From Chlorokybus atmophyticus (Eukaryota > Plantae > Mesostigma and Chlorokybus algae), in assembly GCA_009103225.1 (NCBI GenBank), contig RHPI01003578.1:1-64000 (forward strand): 64,000 nt of DNA, in the 5' to 3' direction. The translations under genes and the position numbers were made by a program. Position 1 is the stretch's first letter; each line of letters starts with the position of its first letter. Below, one piece after another: positions 24,158 through 36,744 of the stretch. The notes beneath the pieces are model-generated. The model had not been told where the DNA came from. It saw nothing but the letters and a program-made list of their open reading frames with translations, and searched no databases.

Positions 24158-25320
24158 CGCGCTCCCACATGATACACATGGTCCCTATGAATATCAAGTT
24201 GTCTCCACAACAATTGATGCGGCTTGGCATCGGAAACGCATATGAAGATCGAGTCCTTTCATTGCATTTTGTCCACGAGTGGAAGGTTCTCAGCCAAAAC
24301 GGCGCGGCGTCATAATGCAAGTGGTAATCAATTTCTCAATTCTTTGGCCGCAGTAGTTTGAGTGCCCGGTCCTACAATATCCGGGCCAAACGCAACATAT
24401 GACTAAGTACCACGGTAAGGGAAAATGCCCCAGCCTAGATTACGGCAAGTTATACACCGCGCGTTATTAAAGTTGTTTGTCTCTAATGACATGCGGTGCT
24501 GAAAGGCACTGCGCTAAAGGCAAGGGCATTTTTTGGCAGCTTTAATGCGGTAAATGGCTAGTGAATGATGACCGCGGCATTGGTTTAAATTGTTTCAATT
24601 GCTGGCTGTATTAAGTCGGCGATTTTTCGATCAATGAGGGCCAGTAATATTGCCCCCTGCGTGGCACGCTGTGGACCTGGTAAATTGCCATATATGACAT
24701 CTCTGGTTATAAAAAGAAAGGCAATGAGACTCAGGATCTTCCGCTCCTAAATAAAATGCAATGTTTGGGACAATCTTCAGGGCATGCATTGGCGTTAAAG
24801 CCATGGGTACGAGCCCAATAATCTTCTTTTGTCTGCCGGATTGCTGATTAGCCACACCAGCTAATCGAGGGGTGGTGGACTACAACATGGCAACAGTGTC
24901 ACCTCTCACACCAGCTTACGATTTCAACGCGTCAGCTTTAAAAGCCGGGCGTGAAGGCACGCGCTCTCAAGCGCGCACATTCACGCAGGAAGCGCAGCGC
25001 TGCGCCGCACTCAGCCCCCTGCGTGCGAGTCGCACGCCACCGGCGTATGCATCACCTTTTCCGAAACTGCTTGCTCCCAGCCAGGTATTGAAAATCCGTT
25101 ACACTCCCCGCCGCAAACATATGTGCATAACAGGCGCATATGCGCAAATAATGATGGAACTCATGCATATCTAGTGGTTGCGTAACACGCTCCGACCTCG
25201 TGTTCAGGTGAGGGGGGGGCACACAGGGTAAGCTCACAGTTGNAAGGCTCGTCGCATTGTGGACTTTTTGACAGACCCACTTTCTCGTCAGTACATGGAC
25301 GCCCTTCGCTGTTCGCCAAA

Positions 25321-25498
25321 CTAGTGGCCGCCACGACCTGCTGAGGGCTTATGGCAATAGGCACGCAATTGCCCCGTCTCCCCACAGTTGTAACAGATGC
25401 GGGCATCGCGCTGGCCCCCCGTAGATGCGGCCTGAGACTGCATATGAGCGGTCTTGTAACTGGGATGCCCCGCACCAGATGCATAAGAGCCAGAGTAG

Positions 25499-25532
<34 letters not shown>

Positions 25533-26220
25533 ACTGGCCCCGCCCCTTGTTGGGAGTGTAGGTCGCCTTTAGCTTGGGCTCGGGCTGCGCCGCAGCTGTT
25601 TCCTTGATTGCCTTCTTAAGGCGCTTTGCCTTTGCATTGTGCGTAGCTAGAGGGTCTCTCGTGAGCTCCTCCACCACCTTCCAGCTATGCTTGTTGGCCA
25701 CTCCCACATGGTGGAACTGCGTGCACACCTCGTCCAATGCTAGTGCACAGAGCACATGTGAGCAACACTGATTGCGGGAATTCATGCATAGGCTCAGAGT
25801 CATTAAGTTTAACGCCAGGCGCACCCGCATTGACACACCATCTCTCACATGCAAATGTAATTGCAAACCTGTTGTGCCTTTTACCTTGCTATGAATAGTC
25901 ATAATGTGAATACAGAGGTGGACATGCAAGGGTGTTAAGTGCGGGCCCTCCCCCACCTACCGGACATGGGGGGAGGAGGGATGCGGAACAATGTATGTAT
26001 ATGGATGCCTCTACGTAGATGACAAGCCCGCACCTTCATAAGGCGGATGATGCACGCATGTGCATGTTTGCATGAGTAAAGTCCGCACCCTCATGCGTGT
26101 CCTACATGTGTGCTCGTGCAAATGGCCATGCTCAACAAAGAATGAGCCACCTTTCATGTTCTCTTTGCGGCCTTTGGCAAAGTGGGGATCCTTGGCGAGG
26201 TGAGACACACTGAATGACGT
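25321..26220 (-). pseudogene. DIRS-type gag fragment (paralog of 45494-47013) with an intron and a CCHC knuckle
   Basis: GVANKHSWKVVEELTRDPLA..AKRLKKAIK (DIRS gag-like motif), CYNCGETGQLRAYC; strong nucleotide similarity to 46200-47010. Confidence 0.75.
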
Positions 26221-26225
26221 CTACG

Positions 26226-26885
26226 GACCATAAATGGTTCGTACCTCTGGACCGGGATTTTCCCCTGCTAAGTGAAATTGGTGGACCATATATGGTCGGA
26301 CTGTCAATAACCATCGGCCCATGCATAGTCCAAACCTCACGTGCACGGTCCCATGTGTGTTTGGGGTCGCACCATGTATGGTGACCTGCTTGTATGAGTT
26401 TGCAAGGACCATGTATAGTGCAATGCCCCCTAGCGCAGAAGACTTGGCATGGTTTGTTACTTCCACATGTCTGATGATTGACATTCGCACCATGCACGGT
26501 CCATGGATACCGACCAGAAGTCTTTGTTTAAACTGACAAATTTCAGACCATGCATGGTGCGCTGCCCTCCTGGCTCAGTGAACCATTTATGGTGCCAGTT
26601 TGATCGACAGTCGCACCATGCACGGTCCATGGATACGGACGTTGTCGTGCATATATGGTCCACAAGCGGTACTATGCATGGTCCTAACAGACAACGCACC
26701 ATACAAGGTCTTATTGACAATCGCACCATGCATGGTCTGTCATGATGTCGCAGCCATTGAAGCCATGCATGGTCTACAAGCGGCACCATGTCTGGTCCTA
26801 ACAAACAACGCACCATGGTCTGATTGACATTCGCACCATGCATGGTCTGTCATAATGTCACAGCCATTGAATCCATGCATGGTCA
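26226..26885. repeat. Array of about 20 palindromic ACCAT-NN-ATGGT motifs (consensus GCACCATGCATGGTC) at ~20-45 bp spacing
   Basis: ACCATAAATGGT, ACCATATATGGT, ACCATGTATGGT, ACCATGCATGGT, ACCATTTATGGT and others; spacers partly related to each other. Confidence 0.85.
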
Positions 26886-27059
26886 TAGCATTGGTGCCTG
26901 CACCGTGCCCGGTGCATACGATCCGACACGCATGCAATTCACAGAAATGTTGTAATAGACTGTGAAACAATAGCCCATCAGTGTCAAGCAAGTGAGATTG
27001 TGGCTACAGTCTCCTACATGCACTTCAAGCTGCGTTACAGGAGGTAACAGGAGCAGCTA

Positions 27060-30000
27060 ACAACATCAGTCTGTTATGTTGCCAGCACCTTCGCCTGGAA
27101 GCTAGACTTGTGCTCTCCCTGGTTGATTCGGCCCCAATGTGAAGACACTCGCGACAGCCTTGTTCAACAGCATCTCTTGCAAACACTCAGCGCGTGCTTG
27201 TTGAGCTCTGCATAACAACTGTACTGTCACGTGCTTACACAAACAGTAACTTGACCATAGCATAGGAAACCACCCACTAATGAGGATGACGAGGGCTGTC
27301 GCATCCACTGCCTCTTGAGTCGGAATGGCTTTCTGTTCTTTGCCTCGCTTAAAAGCCCTGCAGTGTACAAAAACATCACTCTTAAAAACCAGCAAAGGTG
27401 TTGACATACACACGTGCAAGTGACACGCCAACAACATCAACACAAGAGCATGACTGCTACTGCCGCCATAGCATCCGCACACATGCTACATCGTGACCTC
27501 TTATCTTCATTGCAACAAGTCTGGGCTTTATACCCCGCCAGTCTCTACACACGTCTACATTGGCAAGCACCGCGTGCGCTATACTCAACCGATTGCTGTT
27601 CTGTAAGCTACGCTGTCTAGCTTACAACTAGATTTTTTGCAACAAGCTAAGCCACGTCTGCTAAGCTTACGCATCCACGAAGCTACGCGATTTCTCCCAA
27701 GGCTCTACCAAGCAGCCTGGTCCGGAGTCCGTCATGACTCGACCGTCTTGCTAAGTCTGGAGTCCACGCGCTTCTTCCTGGTACCTTCGACCTTCGACTC
27801 CTGTATGAAGGGCAAGCTGACCGGATACAAGCATCACCCATGTAATACCTTCAACAAAAGGACTGTCGTTAACTTGCTGCAGTGAAGTATGCATACCTGG
27901 TAGTTTGCAATTGGATCCCCGCTCGCACCCTCCCTGAACATCTTTGTAGCACACCAACCACTTTTTCCTGGCAGCAAAGCTGACAATAGCTCTTAAGATC
28001 AGCTCGTGTTGCACACGCTCCATTCGGTCGGGGTCATTGAATGCCAGTTGGTGACCATTGTGGAACAGCGTGTGCTCGATGTGGTGGTAGTACTCATACA
28101 TGTCCATTGCCTCCTCTCTGGTGGGGGCGTCGGGCTTGGCGTTGCACACAATCCCCGTTGCAATTCGCAAGTCCATGGCGGCGGAATTTTCATCTTCACA
28201 GTCAGAGATTGCCCCAGCAACCTGCATAGAATCCGGAGTGGTCAGTGCAGTCCATTGGCAACTGTCAATATCATTCATAGTCTGCGATGCGTTGATGACT
28301 GTCAATAACTGCAACATGTAATGCAACTGTCACGGCGTGATCAATGGCTGCATTGGCGGCTGTTCATCACGTAACAGCAGCCTAACAACAGCCCTTATTA
28401 ACCTCTGTGTCTGTGCTATGCCTGGTTGCGGGCGTAGGCAGCCGGTCCTTGATGCAACCCGGCACCGCAATGCGCTCATTGTTAGCGCATGCCTCACAGG
28501 GGCAATGCCTCCGCTGGCCCAGAACATCACGGGCCACTCCATCTCCCTGCTCTGCATGTTGTTGTGTTTTAACATAAGAAATGCTCATGCACTACACCAT
28601 ACAGTCACAGCAGGAGCATGTGCATATCCACATCAAGCAATGTGTCTCCAGAGTACGCCCACCATGGCAGCTGCTTATCGGCATGCCATAGAGAAAATGC
28701 CTTTCTTTCACAGGTAGTTGAACGGCAAGGTTGCCATCCTCACTTCTCTTTGCCATCCACTGGTTAACAGAGACTAGATACGTGCGCATCAATTGGTGTG
28801 GCTCGCATACGGAATCGATGGTGGCGACGCCAACAACTACTGCGTTATTGCAAATGTCGAACACCTAATCTTTAGCATATCCGTCCGCACCCCTGTCGTG
28901 ACACGGACAGTAACATTAAGAGTAGCAGGCACCATGTGTTAAGCCAATATGCATGGAGGCAGCAGCTCAGCAAAACAGTACAACAGGACCGACAGTCGAC
29001 CGCACACAGCACCATGGTTGCTTACCTCTCTTTTAGCCAAGTGGCCCGGAACTGAACATTTGTGAGAGGAGGAGCTGTTAAAGGCGCCAGCGTGACCACC
29101 TGCTGGTTGGCCCTTATGTCCCTCCCAAGACAAAATGTCATACCCCAGCCAGCTCCAGCTTGAGCAGCGCGGCCACCTTGTGCAGCTTCCCTGTCGCTGG
29201 CACGCCTTTGCTTCTTGGCCTCATTGCGTTCTTGGACGCTCTTCCCGGTACCACTACCGCGCTTCGCGCCAATGGAGTACTGCAGCACCAGTACATGGTG
29301 CTTGATTTGTGCTGCAACACAAGCAGATAAGAGTACAGCAAAGTACCAATGGCAATGACTATCAACGTCAAGACAGCTCCAATACAGCAATTTCAGCTGT
29401 TGGAAGATGGCATCTAGCAGAACACAGCCTCAAAAACAGCATATCGCAACTGGTCACTGAATCAACAAGCACAAACACAGCAACCAGGGCAAGGACCGTC
29501 AACGGCAAGACAGCTAAGCAGACAATGAGTGAACTGAAAGCTGAACGACATGCTCAAAAGCTCACTTCAACACAGCTGAATTCAAGTTCCTGTCAAACAG
29601 CAGATGTCACCAAGAAAGCAGCTCACCTGTTGTCCACGTGAGCGTGTGGTTTGCGTCAAAGACCAGTGGAAGTGACTGCTGCAAAACCACCTCACATACT
29701 TCGTCGAGCTCCTGCCGGTGCTTGGCATTCATCTTGAAGTCCTTGCCCTTCATACCTTGAGGTAGTGGCCACTTGCTTAATATCTCCTTTTTCAGCTTCT
29801 CCAGGTTGACTATCAGCGTTGTGCACATATGCTTATACACCTTCTTCATCAAGAACTCCTGGCCTGTCATCAGGCCCAGCAAATGGTTGCCCTTGGTCCT
29901 GAAGCAATCAGCTGCAGCAGGCAGTTGGCTGCCCTCCCCAGTAGCCATAATGTCAGTTGAACAGCCTGAACAAGCAACCTAACTTAGTGCACAGACAGTG

Positions 30001-30523
30001 ACTCAGCGCGCAATCAACAAGGCATGCAAGCTTTAGCAAAACAAACACCTTTTAGGTAAGTGCTGACAGCTCAAGCAGCAAACCACATACGACTAGTGCA
30101 ATTTTTCAAGCAACATACAACCAGGGCGCATGCAAACTCGCAAACAAACTCACTACTCACTCACTAGCACTGTCAAGTCCTACTGTGTTCCATATGGACA
30201 GTCGCACGAGCCGCACAAGCATTGTGACCGCCGCACAAGCCGCAATTGTGCAGTGCCAAATGCAGTGCGACACAGTCAATGGAACCCACAAAGCTAGCAA
30301 CGCGGCTGTCAATCCCTAGACTCACCTTATATATCTGGGGGTTGTCATTTATTAGACGTCGAATTGACGCTAAACGCACTTCTAGCAACAAATTGCGTAG
30401 AGTGTACAAGGCGGCTGTCAAGGGTTAGCAGTGTTAGGGCTAGGGACTCACCAACTTGGCGGCTGTCATTAAAAGGACATCATCGATTGAACAGGAGGTT
30501 GGCGGCGTATATAGCCGTTGCAT
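27060..30523 (-). pseudogene. Multi-exon gene of unknown function, divergent from the SET gene; 3' end uncertain
   Basis: ATG at 30523; GTGAG donors; putative 9-nt microexon 30326-30334 (CAG|ATATATAAG|GTGAG); exon-like ORFs 29607-29948, 29022-29390, 28382-28588 (HCPCEAC) and 27860-28326 (CYKDVQGGCERGSNC). Confidence 0.5.
27399..27856 (-). mobile_element. Solo Copia LTR (family D-related), apparently in an intron
   Basis: TG..CA ends; TSD AAAGG (27394-27398 and 27857-27861); terminus resembles the family D LTR; reverse complement of 52611-53037. Confidence 0.9.
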
Positions 30524-30674
30524 GGTCTCGCTAGTATAGTTTGCTGTTGTTGTGGTTGTGGTGGTTGTGGTTGTGGCTGTGGGTGTAGCTCAGGGCGCAG
30601 GGTGAAGCGAGGAGAGGTGTGAGGAGTTGTACAAGACAGTCGCTTAGAGAAGGATTGCCAGGCAGTTGGACATC

Positions 30675-31655
30675 ATGGAACGAAGGCGGGCGTCTATAGG
30701 GGCGCCGCTTATCTGGGGCTGCCCGTTCAACATGTGCAATGTGCAAGCAGGTCACCGTGATCCAAGGGATCAACCACCTGGGGGAAAGACCAAGCCCACC
30801 AAAATCGGACAGCAATTCAACACGCAGGTGTGCCGATGCGTGCGCATGATCAACAACGGGGGCGGTAGGGAGGACGAGGATGTGTGCACGGGTATGGGGC
30901 TTCAATACCAGCAAGCCACCAAGGTAAGAACGTTTAACAATCAAGATTGTTTACGACATGCATGGGCTGTAAATGCTCATTGCCATGGCGCATCGCGCAT
31001 CGCATTGACAGTCGCTGCTGGGATCCTGTGCATGTCACTTGCTATGCATGATGTTGTTTTGTTCTATCAGCCTAGTTATTAACTTACATTTGTGTGACAT
31101 ATCCCATTGCACGAGAAACTCACCAGCAGCGTATTGCAGAAGGATCAATTCCCGGCCCACCCTCACCCACATGTCACTGTGCTGAAGTACTACAAAATGG
31201 CAAAAGTCATGGCCATCCCAGGATGGGTGAGTTGATGCATTTGTACACCAATTATTGCGGCATGCTTACTTCACCAAGGTTACAGACGCAAGAATTGTGG
31301 GACGAAACGGGACGGCTGTCAAGGCAGTATATCTTTTGATCCGCAATACGCAGTTGGAGGTGGAAGAGGAGCAAGCGGAGCAGGCGCAGCAGCAGGCGCA
31401 GCGGCAGCAGCAACAGCAACAGACGGAAGGAACCGAGGAGGTAGACTCGGAGGAGACTGCAGATGTCTCAACAAGTCCATCATTGCGTAAATCCTCCGCA
31501 CAGCAACGCGGCAAAGGACCTGCGGTGGATCCCAAAGAAGAATTCCGTACAGCTCTTCAAGAATTGCGGAGGTTTAAAGTGAAACGCTACAGTTTCACGG
31601 GCACCACACAGCCATCCAACCTATCGGACGATATCTTGAGGGTAAGCATAGGTCA
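30675..31655 (+). pseudogene. 5' exons of the SET-domain gene, displaced by the inversion
   Basis: Exons end at GTAAG (~30925), GTGAG (~31227) and a phase-0 GTAAG at 31642; the last intron is cut at 31656-31657 and resumes on the minus strand at 10197. Confidence 0.6.
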
Positions 31656-31657
31656 TC

Positions 31658-32395
31658 CCATAATTATCCAGGTCCAGTGGTTCGATAATCACCAAGTCGT
31701 AGCTGGTCGCCATGCTTCCTTAGCTAGCCTGCAATGAAGACGGCGCCTCCCCAAGCTATACCAACTTGTGTGTGCTATGCTAGCGCTCGTGAGGACCCAT
31801 AACTTATTAAGAGATTGTACAGTAGCAATGATGCACACGCACAAGTGTGGCGCCAGTAAGTGAAGAGCGATCTTACTGTACTACACAACAGACAGTGTCT
31901 TATATAGTACACTAGTGAGTGCTAGTCAACACTAGTCAACACTAGTCAAAGTCAAAGTCAATGGTTAAAGTCAAAGTCAAAGTTGACGTTGACCAAGCTT
32001 GACTATAACTCCCGTAACTCCCGTAACGGCCGTTGACCATAACTTCCATAACTCCCGAAGATAAGTTGATCGTAGAAGTTTAGCTAAGGCGCCACCTACA
32101 TAGGTACCTTTAACAAAGTGCAACAAGCACGCCAACTATAGAGACAATGCGCGACCCACTGTATTAAGCAATATACAGTGTCTTATATATTATGCTACTA
32201 AGCACTAGTCAACTCTAGTCAACTCTGGTCAAAGTCAACACTAGTCAATGGTCAAAGTCAACGATCAAAGTCAAAGTTGACCATCGTTGACTATAACTCC
32301 CATAACTCCCGTAACTATAAACATTAAGCTAATCATACCAACTACATGTAGGCGCCGCCTATACATGTACTTTCATCAAGCTATAACATTTAAGA
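31658..32395 (-). mobile_element. Inverted 5' end of the nested C-in-A complex: gag start (ATG 31713), PBS, Copia C 5' LTR 31805-32115, TSD CACTT (32116-32120), first part of family A 5' LTR 32121-32395
   Basis: MATSYDLVIIEPLDLDNYG joins in frame to TWSIRMQMLL at 10199; outer flank 32396-32400 reads GCCGC on the minus strand, matching 16403-16407. Confidence 0.92.
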
Positions 32396-32829
32396 GCGGC
32401 GGCGGTGACGAGGTTACGAGTGAGAAGTGAGCTGGTTGCGTGGTTGTGGGAGTGTCAAAGAAATTTTGCATTTAATGCACACAACACACATACATACACA
32501 TTGAGTGCGGATGATGGCTTGCGTGACTACACAATGCAGACAGGGACGCCTCTAGCCACGACAGCAGTGTTGGTCATGGCGGCATTGTGGGCGGCAACGG
32601 CTTTTTTCTATAGGTACTGTCCTGCACCTCCTCCCCTCATTGCCCACCCTGTTTTAGCCAACACTACCGCATTGGCACTGTCTACAACTTTGCACAGCAC
32701 TCTTGACTTGTTCTTCCAAGCTCTCTTCTCTGCCCCTGCCTTTGTGCACAGGTAAGTGGTGGTGCTGGAGTAGCACATGAGCATTGACACGCACGAAATC
32801 TATATTGTAATGTACAAACACAGTGTTTA

Positions 32830-33180
32830 TCTCTGACACACATGCACAGAGTCAGTCCCACACACGCACACACGCGCACAGCAATACCAGCACCAGCACC
32901 AACACCAGTCACAACAACAGCAACAACACACGCACACGCACACGCACACGCACACTCGCACTCGCACTGGCATTCCACCAATCCCGTTCTGTTCCATGCA
33001 CACACACCACTACCACCACAACAACACACGCACACTCGCATTCAGCCAGTCAAGCTCTTTTCTACGCAGACACATACACACACACGCGCACACACAACAG
33101 TTCATAACAAATAGTTGTTGTGAGCAATAATTACACACGCACGCACGCACACACACACGCACACGCACACACAAACACTC
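32830..33180. repeat. CA-rich low-complexity / (CA)n-(CACG)n microsatellite region
   Basis: Direct inspection. Confidence 0.85.
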
Positions 33181-33949
33181 CACCGCACACTCTGTCCGTC
33201 ATGTAGTTGATTGCTCTTCTCTCGTTGTATGCTAACTGTGTCTTATTGAGCAGGCGTGCATATGGAGGTTGAAGTGAAGATGGGGTGTTCATCAGGCGTG
33301 CATACAGAGGTTAGAATTGAAGCTGGCCGGCCGCACCGATTATGCTATGGTCGCCGGTCGCCTGCTCCAATAGGTAGACATCAATTCCATCGCAGCCAAC
33401 CACTTATCGTGCTGGCTTCCTATACCGTGTAGGTGCATACATGCGTGGTGTATCATGCATTTTGGCATCCCGTCACATGCACACGGATGCGTACCTATAG
33501 GAGCGCATACAAGCTGGCGGTTTAACACATATTAATGCACCATTGTGCACACATACCAGCGCACCCATACATGTTTGCAAGCACATTACAACTACACGCA
33601 TACATATCTAAGCATCAAGTTCAGTGCGGTTGTACTCACATGCGCACTGCCACATGTGCCCTTGCGTGCCTTGCTTATGCGCCCTTGCCATCATCCAAGA
33701 ACATGCAAGAGTGCGCGCTAGCTAGGATGTGGCAGTAGTAGATGCTTGCGCGCAGCCTTTGTTGGCCTCTAATAAGCCCCCTTCCCCTCTCCCTCCCTCC
33801 CTCGCTCTCTCCCCCTCTCTCTCTGCCTCTCTCTCTCTCTCTCTCTCTCCCTCGCACGTGCATGCGCACACGCTCACACGCTTGCGCGCAGGTTTTCCTA
33901 ATCGTGCAATTTAGTGGTTTTTGATGTCGGGGGCAACCGAAGAGTATAA

Positions 33950-36433
33950 AACAAAGGTGATGTTGCGTGTGCGATGTACTCTTGCGCGCTAGTGCTTTCT
34001 CTTGTGCTCTTTGCATGTTGTGCATATCAAGAACTAGTGTGCATATATGCGCCCTACCTCATACATGTGCTCACACTAGGGGAACAACAAGTGCAATAGC
34101 ATGTCAACAACAAAGAGAAGTATGTTCCTATTGCAGTTCCACCTGTATGCGCCTCACAAAGTAACTTATATACCAAGCTAGTCAACACTAAAAAAGACTA
34201 GTCAACCCTAGTAAAAGTCAACTCTAGTCAACACTAGTCAACAATTAAAGTCAACCCTAGTCAACCCTAGTTAATGGTCAAAGTCAAAGTTAACCGTAAC
34301 TTTCGTAACTTCGTAAGTCTTGTTGATTGTAACTCCCATTGCGTAACCGCCGCACATGGTCCAAGTAACATTAACAAGCTGACTGTTCTATAAGCATACT
34401 ATACCAGCAAACCTCATATGCTTAACCTTCAACAGGGGAGATTGGCGTGGGAGTGGCATCTTGTCAAGTTGTACCTGATGATGTGCGTGATCACTTTCGC
34501 CAGCTTGAACAAGCTTGAACAAGCTGCCATCATCACCAAGACCACCAAGTGCTCCAATACCGATGCTTTGAGCTAGCAAACTAGCATTGACTTAACGACT
34601 ATAGGCATCACAATTGCATCACCTGCTGTTAACACCATGGATGCATTGATGAAGCTGTATGACGCACGTTCTATGGGCATGGCTTGCCATTGACGTTGGT
34701 TTGTAGTCCTCTGTTTAAGGCTGCTATCAAGGCCATAAGCAAGTAAAGTCTTTCATATATAGCACCTTCGTACAATAATGTGTGCACCGGCTTGCTAGAC
34801 AAGGTCAAGGTAGGTGTGGATAGTAGGTTGGAAGAATATCGTAATACTGTCTTGAAGACAGGCTGCATAATATGCAGCCATGGTTGAACGGATGTACATA
34901 GCCGGCCTTTGTTGAATTTGCTGCAAGTTTCCCCTGATGGCGCTATCTTCTTGAAGCCATCATCATTGAGGGCATGACCAAATTTGCATCGTACATAGCA
35001 AGGCAGATCTTGGCCGCAATTGAAGAGGTGAGTGCAAGCAGTCTGTACGTGTGTACTGCCATGTTGTGTGCTTGTAGAGTGTGTTGTCCATGCTATGTCT
35101 GCTGGCTCATTTGCTTGTTGTAGAGCAGGTTGAATCAAAAAAGTAGTGCATGTGGTGATTAATAGTGCCAAAGCTTGCAAAGCCGCTGGCGCCATCATCA
35201 ATAACACATACCCGCACAATAGCTGGAGCCCTTGCGCAGCTCATGTGCTTGATCCATTGCTTGAGGACATTGATGAGCTACCATTCTTTGCTACCAATAT
35301 CAAGAAAGGCAAGCATATGGTGACCTTTATTGCAAACCACCATAAGAGCTTAGCCATTTGAGGTATGATGTGCATTTGTTCTTATGCAATGCTGCATGCA
35401 TGCATACTTGTGTGTAGCTTATTGCATGTTGCTCACTAATATTATGTGCTGACAATGAGTTAAAGACTTTTAAAACTCTGCTCAAGCCAAGTAAGACCAG
35501 GTTCGCATCAGCATTATGCTGCAAAGACTACTGGAGGTTAAAGGAGAGCTTGCCAAGACGGTTGTGGATGATCCTTGGACTGCTTGGGCAGCCCAATCAG
35601 GCGTACATCAACGCGGGGCAGAGCGGGCAATTGAAATCGTGTTGTCTTCACACTTTTAAAAGGCAGGTTGGGCAGATAATTGTTGCACTCGAGCACCTCA
35701 TCCAAATTATGCAGCTAGTTGATGGCAATCATCCAACCATGGGTATGCTATATTCAACTTATAATGAGCTCTGTATCACTTATGTTGACAGCACTATTGA
35801 CACTCGCGTGTCTCTCTGTAAGCCAGCTGTATCAGCGGATGTTGGCTGCGCGTGAAACGCTGAAAGCGTCAGTCTTGCCAACCGCGCTGCTGCATACTAT
35901 CTCCGATTGCTTGAAAGTGCGCTTCAAGATAATGAAGACTAATTTGCTGTGTGCGGGCTTCATGCTCGACCCCGAGTTCGCCTCATGAACCAGCACGAGC
36001 AAAAGGACGTCATGCATGGGTTTTGCAACATTGTTGAGCGAATGTTTCCCAACACAGATGAAGTGCAGCTGAATCTGCAGTTGACGCAATACCGCAGTAG
36101 ACATGGCCTGTTGTGGCTAAGGGTTCCGCAATGTCTATGCTGGCACATCAGTGGTGGCTTCAATTTGACGGTAGCGTGCCTCAGTTGCAGCGCATAGCAG
36201 TGCGTGTGCTTGCTTAGGTCACTGTGGCATCATCATGCGAGCGCAACTGCAATACGCATCACTTTATCCATAGCAAGAACCGTAACAAGCTGCGAGCATT
36301 GAGAGCGCATGACCTTTTGTGGGTGTTCAACATCCTTTTCCTTCAGACCATCTTTGATGTTGCATATGAGGAGCAGTTTGCAGCTTGGGATCCTGTGTTA
36401 TTGGATGATAAGAGTAGTGACGATGATGCTTGA
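33950..36433 (+). pseudogene. hAT-family transposase relic (BED-finger remnant, DUF659-type core, C-terminal dimerisation motif), with introns
   Basis: AGEIGVGVASCQVVPDDVRDHF; RPLLNLLQVSPDG; WSPCAAHVLDPLLEDI; SKTRFAS; ASSCERN..FIHSKNRNKLRALRAHDLLWVF. Confidence 0.85.
34025..34434 (-). mobile_element. Solo LTR, family B, full length (~410 bp)
   Basis: Ends match the B mini-LTRs (TGTTGAAGGTTAAGCATATGAG..CACTAGTTCTT); contains TTGAC repeats; flanks GTGCA and GGGGA do not form a TSD. Confidence 0.8.
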
Positions 36434-36744
36434 TTTAATGATGATGTGGTTGAAGTGTTAGCATTTGACACTAAGCAACGATGACTATGTGCTAGCATTA
36501 GCCCAGTGGGCTTTGAGTATAGAGATGTGTAGCAATTGCTGTGCTTGCTTGTTTTGTTTGTATAAGCAGCTGAGGAGATGTCAGTCATGTGCTGCAACAT
36601 GTTGTGACATGCATGTATTGGCCATATTGGTAAAAAGCATGTGAAGTATAATACCCGTATCACTTGCCCGCCGTGTTCAATACCGTGTGTATATATTGCG
36701 CTACCATGCGTGTTGCCGCATTTTCAATCAGACTTGGTTACAGC

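Noticed and set aside
19530-24870. Helitron helicase or KDZ N-terminus in the sequence flanking the chromovirus (19530-20331 and 24158-24870)
   Set aside because: It looks like decayed coding DNA, but I could not match any diagnostic motif; left unannotated, as is the AT-rich 17170-17800.
26226-26885. CRISPR-like repeat-spacer array
   Set aside because: The repeat is only 12-15 bp and degenerate, spacers are mutually related and irregular, and no cas genes are present.
34020-34439. TSD for the family B solo LTR
   Set aside because: Flanks GTGCA and GGGGA differ, so a clean solo-LTR origin cannot be claimed.
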